A stretch of DNA of 64,000 bases from Macrostomum hystrix. Lineage: Eukaryota; Animalia; Platyhelminthes. Position numbers and translations under genes: made by a program. Numbering within the stretch: the first letter of the stretch is position 1; each line of letters starts with the position of its first letter. The stretch is taken from contig CATNEN010000025.1 of the NCBI GenBank assembly GCA_950097015.1, positions 9,610,001 through 9,674,000 on the forward strand, read 5' to 3'. Under the pieces are notes generated by a model. That model was not told the DNA's origin. It made no database searches and saw nothing but the letters and a program-made list of their open reading frames with translations. This document shows, piece by piece, positions 11,991-24,494 of the stretch.

Positions 11991-13456
11991 GTTTGCAGCC
12001 CTTCTGCAATTATTAATCATTAATATTAAGCAATAGATACTTTTCCTGCCACATTAGAGCACAATTTTTGTTACATGTTGTGTGAAAATATAACAAACAA
12101 TTTAGTTACTAGGACTAGGGGCCTAGTACAAATTAAACAATTAGTTTGTTTTATTGAATTAGGTAGGGCCTAATCTTTTACTTCTGCCCTTAAGAAATTA
12201 GGAATCAAATTTGTAATAAAAATAGTTAAACTTTTTATTCTACCTAAATGATCCCTTTTATTTGCCATATATTTAGCTAATAAAAACTTATTTTGTATTA
12301 ACATAGCATACATCAGTAAGAAACTAATATAGGCCCTAGAAGCATAGCAATGATTTTTACTCTCTTGTATAGATAGTCATACCTGATGCCACTGCCACTT
12401 GTGATTCATGAATTACAATGATAGCTATATTGAATTCTAGTACAAAGTCAAATTAGGGGCCAAGATACTTACAACTTAAATAAGACACTTTCTTTATTAG
12501 AATTAAGAATCTTAATACAGTAAGGGTAGGGTAGTTAGGCTAGCTAGACCGAAATTATAACATTCTATTAGGCTATTATAGTACTAAATAGTGGTAATAA
12601 TTTAAATTTAATTAAATTGATTCAGAGAATTATGACAACGATTGCAATATTATATCGTCGGTCTCGAAGTTTTTTTAGATCACTTATTCGTATTTCGAAA
12701 GCTAGTGGTTTTGTGTTTGTGCAACTTTCTAAAATAGAATTAGAGAGCTTTGCTTATGTAGATCATATATAAAAACAAAAGTAAGATAGGTCGAGCAAAC
12801 CTTGTGTGAGACAATCAATTTTAATTTAGCTACAGTTTGTAATAAAAATGTTAATCTAGAGAGAGGGCGAAATTTCAAATTAAATCGTTTTAATGAATTT
12901 TTCAGCAATACTACAATTAATGATTGATCTTATAAAATGAAAGAACAATAATTTTTACATAAAAATGAAAATAAATATTTCGACAGACTGTTTAGCTGCT
13001 TGCCTAAGCGTGCCTGGCATTAATGCTGCTTCTTTTATCATTGATTTACTCTATTTGTTAGGCCTACTTCTAGAATCTAGCCTAGGTTCGTTCTTAACTT
13101 CTTGAAGGTGGAGGAGGTAGCTCGGCTTTATCTATGATTCAAAGCCTTTCTCGGTTAGCTGGGTTTTCTGTCTTAAAATAATATCGTAGGTCATAGCAGC
13201 CTAGCTCCTAAGTAGCTATCATTAGGTAGATGTCAGTTGTCATCTAGCTTTAAACTTTTCTAAACACACTTTCTCAATTTCTATCTTATGTTAGTAAGGC
13301 AATCTTTCTGTTTACAGCTCTTGGTTATTTTGACCATTTTTTAGTTTAGAGGCTCAGTGAGTCCAAGCAAAAGTCAATCAGAATAATTTTTCTTAAACCA
13401 ATAGACTATAAAAGAAAATGTTGCTAGATAACATTTTTTGGCCTAATATTAATATT

Positions 13457-13927
13457 GGCAATGTTCTACTTCCGTTCATTATATTTTTTTTGTTTGCAAA
13501 CGAAAGATAACAACAAAAACAAGTTTAACGGTAGCAAAAAGTCAGTAGTTTGGTCAGACAGTTCTGAAAAGTATTGGTCAGTCTTTCTTCTATCAAACCG
13601 GGTAAGTGCCTAACCCAGTAGAGGAGGGCACCGAAGCTATTCTTGGGGTATAGACAGCGCCATAAGAATTCTTCGAGGTGGCTTTCGAATAGAGTAGCAC
13701 TCGTGCCATACATTTGACGCAGCTTGGCCTTCGCAAAAACTTCAGCTGCAGAATTTCTGTGCCTTAGCTTCCTGTTCCCCCATATTTGCCAGATTTTGCC
13801 ATAGACATAGATCCAAGTGTCAAGTCACGGCAAAGCCACATCAGCACAACTTTTCAAACTCAGAATGTACGTGTGGCACAAATTCAAATGAAAAAAATAA
13901 TATAACGAACGGAAGTAGAATATTGCC
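13457..13927 (-). mobile_element. Merlin (IS1595/ISXO2-like) non-autonomous element, copy 1
   Basis: TIRs GGCAATGTTCTACTTCCGTTC / GAACGGAAGTAGAATATTGCC. Internal remnant KAKLRQMYGTSATLFESHLEEFLWR resembles the ISXO2/Merlin transposase C-terminus (YLxEFMWR). No intact TSD seen. Confidence 0.8.
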
Positions 13928-14460
13928 TTAAAAGGCCTATTAGCTTGATGATTATTTGGCATACATTCACTTTTGTTCTTTAAATAATTTTTTTCCTGAA
14001 ATAAAACATTTTTTGTTTAAAATAATTTTGGGAACAGATAAACAAGTAACAATAAACAATATTAGTGCAGTCAGAATGTCTAGAACTCTAGATGTTATGT
14101 TGGGATGTCATGCATGAATCACACCGGATAGTAATGTGCTGCCCAAAACAGAAAAATGTCATTTCTGGAGAATAGCCGGCGCTACAGGAATTCCTGAAGA
14201 TGTGACTCAAAAAGCTTGCCACTCGTGCTAGACATGTGCTGACATTCTGACAATGCACTAATATTGTTCATTGTTATTCATTTATCTGTTCTTAACATTG
14301 TTTTAAACCAAAAACTTTATATTTCAATGAAAATAAATTTAACAAACAAAATTGAATGTATGCAAATTATTTCAATAGGGCCTAGCTTGTGTTTTTATCA
14401 ATTTGCCTACTTTAATTTAGTTGCTAATTGCCAAAGGCTTGAATGTCAAAATAACCCCAA

Positions 14461-15894
14461 TCAGGGGCCTAAGATAATACAGTATTTTGTTATCACTTTA
14501 GTAATCTTAATTACAAAAACTATCAAGGGGTGCTATCTGGGATAGTGATCATTTGGGCACTACTTTCTACAACACCATCTAAATTGCCTAAAACAGTAGT
14601 TAGCTTAAAGAAAAACTATCAATGGTCTAGATAAGTGTTGACTTTTTTCTTTAGCACTTTTATTAGCTGAGTTAAGGCCCCTCAAATGAGGATATCCACA
14701 GACATAAATTGCAACTTTCACCAGTCTGCTGAAAGATAAAAGTTTCCTTGTCAAGGAAATGCTGACCCTTGAAAGTGTAGGCAGCTTGCAGTGTGTGCGC
14801 AACCTTGACACGTCGACTCTTCTGCTCAGTTGTGAGGATGCGGGAATCCATTGACAAGAGAGGTGGGACAGCCCAAGATTGGTCTTGAGAATCTTGTGCA
14901 CATGTGGATTTGAAAGGCCAACAGTAGCAGAAAGCCTGCAAAGTGAGCTCTTAGGTGCAGCTTCAACAGCAAGAACGCTTCGCAGACAGGCGCATACCTG
15001 TGCCAGCATGGAGCCAGATGGGCCAGGCGCGATGTCATCAAGGGAGGTACAGCCCTCTTTGAACTCGCAAACCCACCATCACACAGTCAGTTTGCTTGGC
15101 ATGGCCTCTCCATATGTCACAAGAAGCTTTGCATGCATGTGAGCCACATTTGTGTGTCTGCTGTTGATCCAGAAGCAAATGACACCACCATACATGTGCA
15201 ACCTCCCAAATCTTTGCCGGCTGTGCAACTTAGTTTTTGCTCTATTTATGACTTAGTTTGCTCTCATTTGCTCTATTTTTCTCTCCCCTTTTCCTCTTCT
15301 TCACGCCTTCCTTTTTTGTCCCTTGTTCCCCCCTTTGATTTTTTTGCACTTGGTTGATTGGTTTTTGCAACTTACCTTGCTTGGCCCTCATTTCACCCAG
15401 TCAAACCGGCCGGGTGTTGCATATGTATGGACGCAACACATTGTTGGTTTGAGGTCTTACATTGAAGCTGATGCCATCTTGTGTTTTTAGCAATGTTTAG
15501 CCTGCTGAATGGTTAACTTGTGCCAACTGTTGAACTGATTTGCTTAAAGACTGATTAAGCAGAGGAATTGCAGGATTGACTGAGATTTGATGCTGTTATT
15601 TGTGGCTTTAGAGTGCGACCTGTCTTCTGCAGCTAGTGAAATCGCAATTTATGTCCATAGAGATCACAGCGTGATGGTCATAACTCAGCTAATAAAAGTG
15701 CTAGAGAAAAAAGTCAACAGTCATCTAGACCATTGATAGATTTTCTTTAAGCTAACTGCTGCTTTAGGCAATTTAGATGGTGTTGTAGAAAGTAGTGCCC
15801 AAATTATCACTATCCCAGCTAGCACCCCTTGATAGTTTTTGTAATTAAGATTACTAAAGTGATAACAAAATACTGTATTATCTAAGGCCCCTGA
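14461..15894 (-). mobile_element. Decayed Tc1/mariner-like element with about 215-bp terminal inverted repeats
   Basis: 14461-~14677 is the reverse complement of ~15680-15894. Interior minus-strand remnants: HKILKTNLGLSHLSCQWIP, then a frameshift, then RILTTEQKSRRV (mariner WVPxxLT motif); upstream TV*WWVCEFKEGCTSLDD resembles the HTH region. Confidence 0.8.
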
Positions 15895-16690
15895 GATAAA
15901 TTATTAGTATTTGTATTTTGATTACCAAAACTTTTGTTTTCCCTATATATATATTATATCTTAAGTTCTTAAATATAGTAAGTGAGTAAATGCATAAATA
16001 TATAGTGCAAAGACATTAGACAACAAGAAAGGTAGAAACATTAAACTACAAAAGTCAAACAAGTCTATAGGGCTGACCCAAAAATTCTATACAAACTCAA
16101 GCCCCTAAATACTTCAAGGCTACATGCATATTATTGGGGATATATGGATGGCTATGACGAGACACTGGAGAGGTTATTTAAAAAGTAGATTAAGAGATTA
16201 TGTCATTAAGAGATTAAATCAAGGATTTCATAGTTTGTCAAGACACTTCAGACTGCCTATGATGGGAACTCTTAATTCCTTGGTGTTAAGGCCTCAATCC
16301 CTTAATAAATATCACTGCTGTTTCAATGCCACAATGGGATAGAGGTTTACCTAGTCTGTTGACTATTGGTAGGATGTATAGATAGGATGTTACAGGATTT
16401 ATAACAAAAGCATTTATTTAGACTGCCTACAATGGAAACTCTTAATTCCCTGCTATGGTATTGGGGACTCAAGCTCTCAAGATTTCAATGCCACATACAT
16501 ATTGTGGGATTGCTAGGGAGGGAGTTTCACCCCAAACCTGTTGAGTCCTAGAAAAGGCCTCAAATTGTTATTTGCTACAGTCTCCCTAACTTAAAATTCT
16601 AGTACCCCATTGGTCCTTTGGCTTCTATCCACTTTCTATATAATTTGAAAGACAAAGGGAGGCTTTTTCTTCTTTAATTTGCAAGTATGT

Positions 16691-16820
16691 CAAAGAGATG
16701 TGCCAGAAAGAGATGTGCCAGAAAGAGATGTGCCACAAAGAGATGTGCCACAAAGAGATGTGCCACAAAGAGATGTGCCACAAAGAGATGTGCCACAGAG
16801 AGATGTGCCACAAAGAGATG
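16691..16820. repeat. 15-bp tandem repeat (AAAGAGATGTGCCAC), about 8 copies
   Basis: Directly visible. Confidence 0.95.
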
Positions 16821-17111
16821 CTATGGAGGTTATTGGAAGTTACTGGCATTTTTTTCCAATACAGATTAGCTATGGGAAAAGTTTGGTTATGGCAGTATTA
16901 TGAACTACATATTATCTACATCAATAAAACATAATGCAGCTAAAACTTTTAAGAAAACGAATCAAAACTGAAAAGTGTACATAAATCCATTCAGATTTAC
17001 TTTATAATAATCAGATATACATTTTATGATTAAGATAAATCAGCAGCTCATCAGATTGCATCAAAACTTTCTAAAAAAACATATTTTTCCTATATTCAGC
17101 TAGGTTACATT

Positions 17112-17390
17112 ATGAACATTCGCAACGCTACACCAGCTGACCTGATGAACATGCAGGACTGCAATCTGCAATGCCTGCCAGAAAACTACCAGATGAAGTA
17201 CTACCTGTATCATGGCCTGTCCTGGCCGCAGTTGTCATTTGTAGCTGAAAATCTTGACGGTGAAATTGTTGGCTACGTGTTGGCCAAGATGGAGGAGGAC
17301 CCGGAGGACCAGCCGCATGGCCATATTACTTCGCTGGCTGTGAAACGCAATTATCGCCGACTCGGAATTGCGCAGAAGCTGATGGATCAG
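17112..17390 (+). CDS. NAA10: N-alpha-acetyltransferase 10 (NatA catalytic subunit, ARD1) exon 1
   Basis: [46 protein letters not shown]...[24 protein letters not shown]; donor CAG|GTAAAC, phase 0. Confidence 0.96.
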
Positions 17391-17554
17391 GTAAACCACA
17401 TTTTCATGTTTCTTATTGGGCCCTATCGGAATTTCATGGTTTGCTTAAAATCAGGGAAAATAAGATTGCGGACACAGCAATTTTTTTGAACACCATTTTT
17501 TCTAGTCAAATCAAGTTTATTATTTGGTTCTGACCCGCCCGCCAATTCTGACAG

Positions 17555-17809
17555 GCATCCCGGGCCATGGTTGAAAGCTTTCACGCTCGCTACGTGTCTC
17601 TGCACGTGAGAGTCAGCAACCGAGCGGCCCTGCAGCTTTATAAGAAGACGCTGGGATTTCGCATCAGCGAAACCGAGCCAAAGTACTACGCCGACGGAGA
17701 GGACGCCTACGCCATGAAACGGGTGCTGCGCGAATTCTGGGATAAATTCGGACCGAAGAATGTTGATTTTGACATTAAACCGGCTAAAGTCAAAGCTATT
17801 GAACCATGA
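17555..17809 (+). CDS. NAA10: NAA10 exon 2 (protein 177 aa in total)
   Basis: Acceptor CTGACAG|GCA; [29 protein letters not shown]...[13 protein letters not shown]. Confidence 0.96.
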   Translation, partial: ASRAMVESFHARYVSLHVRVSNRAALQLYKKTLGFRISETEPKYYADGEDAYAMKRVLREFWDKFGPKNVDFDIKPAKVKAIEP

Positions 17810-18279
17810 ACCATCATGGCCTTCTTTAGGTGCATTGCCTGCCTGGAAAATCATCAGTTCATTTTCGGTTACTGTCTAACTAGCTAACCTTATGGCATTG
17901 TTTATCTAGTTTAAATTTGTTCTAAAAAGTGTCTCTCTTTTGTTTGTTAGTGTATTGCTTTTGACAAAGTTGTTTAGTAAATGCGATGTATACTATAAAT
18001 ATGATGAAGTTAATTCTACTGAGACTGATCATTCTTAACTTTTATTTTTTTTAACTATCGCCTTGATTGCGGTGTTTTCGACTCTATGTAAATAGTTAAA
18101 TATGAGTGACTAGATTTTCTACCTTAGGTGGTGCTACAAGACTGAATTATTAATTAACCGAAAGTATAATTTTGTTTTATCTACATCTTTTTTGCATAAT
18201 AACTCTGTCACACCTTTCTCCCAACCTCTGTTTTCCCTCCTCTTTCCGTTCTAATCCTCTCTCCCTCCTCCCTCCGTCG

Positions 18280-19000
18280 TCAGTGTGTTCCCCTGTTTCC
18301 CCTTCTCTGTTCTCTTCGTTCTCTCTTCGTTCTCCCCTCTCTGTTCTCCCCCTCTCTGTTCTTCCCCTCTCTGTTCTTCCCCTCTTTGTTCTCCCCTCTC
18401 TATTATCCCCCTATTTGTTCTCATCCTCTCTGTTCTTCTCCCTTCTGTTCTCCTCCCCTCTGTCCTCCTCCTCTCCTTATTACCATCCACTCTCTCTGTT
18501 CTCCCCTCTCTGTTCTCCCCTCTCTGTTCTCCCCATCTCTTTTCTCCCCCTTTTTGTTCTCATCCCCTCTGTTCTCATCCCCTCTGTTCTCCTCCTCTCT
18601 GTTCTCCCCTCTCTGTTCTCCCCATCTCTTTTCTCCCCCTTTTTGTTCTCATCTCCTCTGTTCTCCTCCTCTCTGTTCTCCTCCTCTCTGTTCTCCCCTC
18701 TCTGTTCTCCCCATCTCTTTTCTCCCCCTTTTTGTTCTCATCTCCTCTGTTCTCCTCCTCTCTGTTCTCCCCCTCTCTGTTCTCCTCCTCTCTGTTCTCC
18801 TCCCCTCTGTTCTCCTTCCTCTCTGTTCTCCTCCTCTCTGTTCTCGTCCCTCCCTGTCCTCCTCCTCTCTGTTCTCCCCCCTATTTGTTCTCCCCCTCTT
18901 TGTTCTCCCAATCACTGTTCTCCCCTCTCTGTTCTCCCCATCTCTGTTCTCCCCATCACTGTTCTCCCCTCTCTATTCTCCTCCCTCTATGTTCTTCTCC
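18280..19000. repeat. CT-rich imperfect ~15-bp satellite (CTCCCCTCTCTGTT) between NAA10 and CYC1
   Basis: Directly visible; overlapping ORFs are low-complexity repeat translations. Confidence 0.93.
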
Positions 19001-19229
19001 TTCGCAGCTCTCCTCCTTCCCCTTTACCTTCAAATGTCATCATATTTCTTCTCGTCTGCGCTACATATTTTATTCAAGAAATAGGCTCTACTTCTATGTC
19101 TCGGTGATCGATCTGCATTTAAATTTGTGAAGTTAAGTGCAATCTGCAAGCCTCACCCTGTCTCACTGCTGTTTTGCAGCCGCATCACTTTTCCCGCTTA
19201 AAGCCCAAAGCCGAGTCCATCCGTCCCAA

Positions 19230-19436
19230 ATGAGTCGCTGGCTACAATTAGGCAGGCGCGCAGCCGTCGCTGTTGGCGCCCTGGGCGCTGGCACCGGCGC
19301 CGCCGTCTACCTGGGCACGCCGGCCTTCGCCACCGAGCTTTCGCTGCACTCCGCCCACCTGCCCTGGTCGCATGGCGGCCTGTTCTCCGCCTTGGATGCC
19401 GCCTCTGTCCGTAGAGGCTACTTCGTCTATAAGCAG
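19230..19436 (+). CDS. CYC1: Cytochrome c1 exon 1 (mitochondrial presequence and mature N-terminus)
   Basis: MSRWLQLGRRAAVAVGALGAG...LHSAHLPWSHGGLFSALDAASVRRGYFVYKQ; donor CAG|GTTAAC, phase 0. Confidence 0.93.
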
Positions 19437-19544
19437 GTTAACATTAGCTGATGATTGGGTTTGGGATTTTTGGATACACAGAAGCTATTCTCATTTTCCG
19501 CTTATTCTTTAGATTCACTTAAATAATAGGACCTCTACCATCTC

Positions 19545-20335
19545 TGATCCCTATTATCCCCGCAACCCCGCAATCATTTAACAATCCCAGATCCCTGTTA
19601 CCCTGAGCACATTCAAAATCCCAGATCCCTATTATCCTGAGCATATTCAGAATCCCAGATCCCTGTTACCCTGAGCACATTCAAAATCCCAGATCCCTAT
19701 TATCCTGAGCATATTCAGAATCCCAGATCCCTATTATCCTGAGCATATTCAGAATCCCAGATCCCTGTTACCCTTAGCACATTCCGAATCCCAGATCCCT
19801 ATTATCCTGCGCATATTCAGATTCCCAGATCCATATTATCCTGAGCATATTCAGAATCCCAGATCCCTGTTACCCTTAGCACATTCAGAATCCCAGATCC
19901 CTATTATCCTGCGCATATTAAGAATCCCAGATCCCTATTAACCTGCGCATATTCAGAATCCCAGATCACTATTATCCTGAGCATATTCCGAATCCCAGAT
20001 CACTATTATCCTGAGCATATTCAGAATCCCAGATCCCTATTATCCTGAGCATATTCAGAATCCCAGATCACTATTATCCTGAGCATATTCAGAATCCCAG
20101 ATCACTATTATCCTGAGCATATTCAGAATCCCAGATCCCTATTATCTTGCGCATATTAAGAATCCTAGATCCCTGTTATCCTGAGCACATCAAGAATCCC
20201 AGATCCCTGTTATCCTCAGCACATTCAGAATCCCAGATCCCTATTATTCTGCACCCCCTTAGCATCCTAGATTCCTATTCTCCCGCAGACTCAGCAACCC
20301 AGATCCCAATTATCCCCACTCACTAAGCATCCCAG
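19545..20335. repeat. 34-bp minisatellite (ATCCCAGATCCCTATTATCCTGAGCATATTCAGA) filling CYC1 intron 1
   Basis: CCAGATCC at 19621 and 19655. Confidence 0.96.
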
Positions 20336-20384
20336 ATTCAAATTATCAACCTTTACCATCACCGGTGTAAATTATGAAACTCAG

Positions 20385-20765
20385 GTGTGCGCCGCCTGTC
20401 ACAGTATGAAGTTCATCGCCTACCGTCACCTGATCGGCGTCTGTCTAACCGAAGAGGAGGCCAAAGCCGAGGCTGCCGAGATTCAAGTCACCGACGGTCC
20501 GGACGAAACTGGCCAAATGTTTGAACGGCCCGGCAAGCTGAGCGACTTCTTTCCTAATCCTTATCCCAATGTGGAGGCGGCCAAGGCGGCTAACGGCGGC
20601 GCCGCACCGCCCGATCTTAGCTTCATTGTGGCTGCCAGGCACGGCGGAGCTGATTACCTGTTCCACCTGTTGACCGGCTACATGGATCCGCCGGCTGGCC
20701 GACAGGTCGGCAGCGGCCTGTACTACAATCCCTATTTCCCTGGCGGGGCCATTGCTATGGCGCAG
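20385..20765 (+). CDS. CYC1: Cytochrome c1 exon 2 (heme-binding CxxCH)
   Basis: VCAACHSM...[15 protein letters not shown]...[11 protein letters not shown]...[14 protein letters not shown]; AG/GT boundaries in phase 0. Confidence 0.96.
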
Positions 20766-21417
20766 GTAAAAATTTTGCGGAAATCAGTTTTTTTTTAGTT
20801 TTCTGTAATGCTCATTTAGGATTTATGATTATGATCTTCGACTTTGGAATCAAAATTAGAACTCGACTAAAGAAACAATTTTCTTTTTTTCTGTTTTATA
20901 TAAAATATCTGTCCTATCGCCATGAAAATCCAGAACACGGGCTAACATTTTCCGCTCTATCCGATGAACCGACTTCTAGAATAAGAAAAACAGCGGCATC
21001 GTCTAGATATTCAACGGTTTTTGTCGGGGTGTCTTGTGGCAAAAGCCACCAATATAGGCATAATTTTTCGTCTCAAAAAGTTTCATCATGCAACCATGTC
21101 GCTATTGTTGTTGACTGTACTGCATTGTATAATGTTTGTTCAGAGCACCAGGGTCTTCGACAAGAATCGTTGAATATCTCGACGATTCTGACATCGGACG
21201 GCTTTGAAAGTTAGTTCATCGTAAAGGACGGAAATTTGTTTTTTCGTGAAGTAGGCACTGGGTATTTAAATTGCCCTCCGTGGTCTTCTCAGGGGGGAAA
21301 TTGTGTGGTCTCTCTACTGTTAAAAAGGGATTTCAAAATGGGATTATTTGTTTTGGGATTAAAATTGTCAGGCTTTTGGTTCAAACTTATGTTGAACAAA
21401 TTTTATATTCTTATCAG

Positions 21418-21675
21418 GCTCTGTACAATGAGATCATTGAGTACGAGGACGGCACCCCGGCTACTCAGAGCCAACTGGCCAAGGACGTCGCCACCTTCTT
21501 GACCTTCACGTCCGAGATGGAGCACGACGAGAGGAAGCGCCTGGCGCTGAAAATCCTGCCCTGGGTGGCCGTGCTGACGGTGTGCGGCTGGTTCGCTAAG
21601 CGGCACGTGTTCACCTATCTGAAGTCGCGCAAGGTCGCCTACAAGAACCGGCCGCCAAGGAAGTTCTACACCTAA
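21418..21675 (+). CDS. CYC1: Cytochrome c1 exon 3 (C-terminal membrane anchor); protein about 281 aa
   Basis: Acceptor TTATCAG|GCT; ALYNEIIEYEDGTPATQSQLAKDVATFL...EHDERKR. Confidence 0.95.
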   Translation, partial: ALYNEIIEYEDGTPATQSQLAKDVATFLTFTSEMEHDERKRLALKILPWVAVLTVCGWFAKRHVFTYLKSRKVAYKNRPPRKFYT

Positions 21676-22779
21676 TGTTACGATGCTTGCTAATCGATTA
21701 GAAAATCTTAGTTAACTAATAAGAAGGGATTTTTAGGAGATCAATGGGGTTAGGTCGATCTAACCCTTGACAGTCTCGCCTCTAGCTTCTCTCTGAGCGT
21801 CTCAAATGTGTGTTCCTGTTTCTTAGAAAAAAATATTATTTAAGGAGAAAGCACAATCGCAGCCATCTTTATAAATGTCTATTAGTAACCCCCATCGGCT
21901 ATGAGAATAATGGCTCAAGTTTCACAAATCTTCGCTAAATTATCTTCTTGTCGTACTTTTTAGAATATTTTAGTTGAGAAAAGTAAATATGAGGATTTCC
22001 ACCGATTTCTTTGTGTTTTTTGTTCTCTTCTCACGCCCACTCCTCAAGTTCTTTTGGTTACTTTTCGTAGGTCCTACTATAATTGCTTAGTAGTATGTTG
22101 CTCCCTGTTTGTGTATCGATTTAGATATTTAAATGAGCTAAATAATCACACACAGATAGCTGTTTAAAATCTTCTTGAGTAGTTTTATTGGTATAGCGCT
22201 TCTAAAAGTGCGAGCATAGTTCAGACTAAGGGTGCGCTGTCCTTCGTAAACTACTCTTAGTAAAGTAGTGCTCATTTTCGTATTATCCTCCAACCTAATA
22301 ACTAACAAAGCCATGTGATCGACATCAGCGGCGACAACAAGTACAAAATGTACAAGTACAACTAATTGCTTTACGTAAAAAGAAATACATAAATTGAACA
22401 TTTTAAGGGGAATTTTGGCTTTGGCTTGTAGTTTCATTTTCCGTGCTGAGACCATCTCTGTTGGCCACCTCGGATGATGCTATATGCTAACAAAAACTTT
22501 ATTGTTCTTCATTTTTGTTTGCTTTTTTAGTTTTGGACTTCTGAAGTACTACATGAATTTTCTGCGGAAACTTGAGTCGGATAAAAGTCATTTTAAGTCA
22601 CGAAATAAGAGTACATGTGTATTATATCGTGCAGTCGAACCAACCTGAGGTCAAACCTCTCTTGATTCTCTGGTCGATCTGTCCTGGATCCTCAGGTTGA
22701 TACTCGTAATAATCATATTATTAATGATTGGCAATGGCACATTATTCGGTGATACTAGACCCTCATCCAGCGAGTCTAA

Positions 22780-23020
22780 TTCTGCACATTCCGCTGACTC
22801 CTGAGCACGCGCGTACAGATACCGTATGCAAGCACACGCTCACACAGGTGTGTATATCTGCCCTTTCTCATCGTCTGGCAGTGTACACTTCACTGTGCAT
22901 TGGAGGTTGGTCCTCAGGGACGTAAATTGCACGACAAGCCACCAAGCCTTCTCACCGTGGCTGCGCCATAAATGAATGTGGCCTCGCTGTGGAATCGAGC
23001 TCAGGGACGTTGGACGTTGA
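22780..23020 (-). mobile_element. SINE family A copy
   Basis: Same body; minus-strand GTCCCTGAGCTCGATTCC B-box-like motif, abutting the 23-bp array. Confidence 0.75.
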
Positions 23021-24045
23021 GTTCAAACCACCCAGAATCCTGAGTTCAAACCACCCAGAATCCTGAGCTCAAACCACCCAGAATCCTGAGTTCAAACCAC
23101 CCTGAATCCTGAGTTCAAACCACCCAGAATCCTGAGGTTGAACCACCCTGAATCCTGAGGTTGAACCACCCTGAATCCTGAGGTTGAACCACCCTGAATC
23201 CTGAGGTTGAACCACCCTGAATCCTGAGGTTGAACCACCCTGAATCCTGAGGTTGAACCACCCTGAATCCTGAGGTTGAACCACCCTGAATCCTGAGGTT
23301 GAACCACCCTGAATCCTGAGTTCAAACCACCCTAGATCCTGAGGTTGAACCACCCTGAATCCTGAGGTTGAACCACCCAGAATCCTGAGTTCAAACCACC
23401 CAGAATCCTGAGTTCAAACCACTCAGAATCCTGAGTTCAAACCACCCTGAATCCTGAGGTTGAACCACCCTGAATCCTGAGGTTGAACCACCCTGAATCC
23501 TGAGGTTGAACCACCCTGAATCCTGAGGTTGAACCACCCTGAATCCTGAGGTTGAACCACCCTAGATCCTAAGGTTGAACCACCCTGAATCCCGAGTTCA
23601 AACCACCCAGAATCCTGAGGTTGAACCACCCTGAATCCTGAGGTTGAACCACCCTGAATCCTGAGGTTGAACCACCCTGAATCCTGAGTTCAAACCACCC
23701 AGAATCCTGAGTTCAAACCGCCCTGAATCCCGAGTTCAAACCACCCAGAATCCTGAGTTCAAACCACCCAGAATCCTGAGTTCAAACCACCCAGAATCCT
23801 GAGTTCAAACCACCCTGAATCCTGAGGTTGAACCACCCTGAATCCTGAGGTTGAACCACCCTGAATCCTGAGGTTGAACCACCCTGAATCCTGAGGTTGA
23901 ACCACCCAGAATCCTGAGTTCAAACCGCCCTGAATCCCGAGTTCAAACCACCCAGAATCCTGAGTTCAAACCACCCAGAATCCTGAGTTCAAACCACCCT
24001 GAATCCTGAGTTCAAACCACCCTGAATCCTGAGTTCAAACCACCC
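23020..24045. repeat. 23-bp minisatellite (TTGAACCACCCTGAATCCTGAGG and variant GAGTTCAAACCACCCAGAATCCT)
   Basis: Period 23 (23161 to 23184). Confidence 0.96.
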
Positions 24046-24494
24046 TTAATTCTAGGCTCTACTGTCCTATCCTGTTGTGTAGTGACGAATCGGCAGGTGA
24101 GAGCTGATTGTGAGGGGCTATCCTCTGGGGCGCAGGAAAGTAATTTCGAATTCCATTTCTAGCTTATATTACTGACATTATAGTAGCGGCATTGGTCCAG
24201 GCTATTGCTATTTAGTTGTTTCATATGAAAATAACGCTTGATTCAGTGTGAGTAAAAAAGTCGATTGGAACAATACTTAGTCCGCAAATTGTGTCATTGC
24301 AGCATTTGCTTCTCGTGTGTTTTATGGACTCAAGAAAAGAAAATTTTAATTTATCTTTAGAAATTTAAATTGTCAAGAATTAGAAACTATTTCGATCATT
24401 TACGCTATCATAAGAAATTATCCCTTAGATCTTTTACGGACTTCAAGATCTTAGAAAAAAACGTAAGTTGTGAAAGAACTTCCTATATCCGATC

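Noticed and set aside
18172-19130. Several 230-310-aa Ser/Pro/Leu-rich ORFs
   Set aside because: They are translations of the CT-rich satellite.
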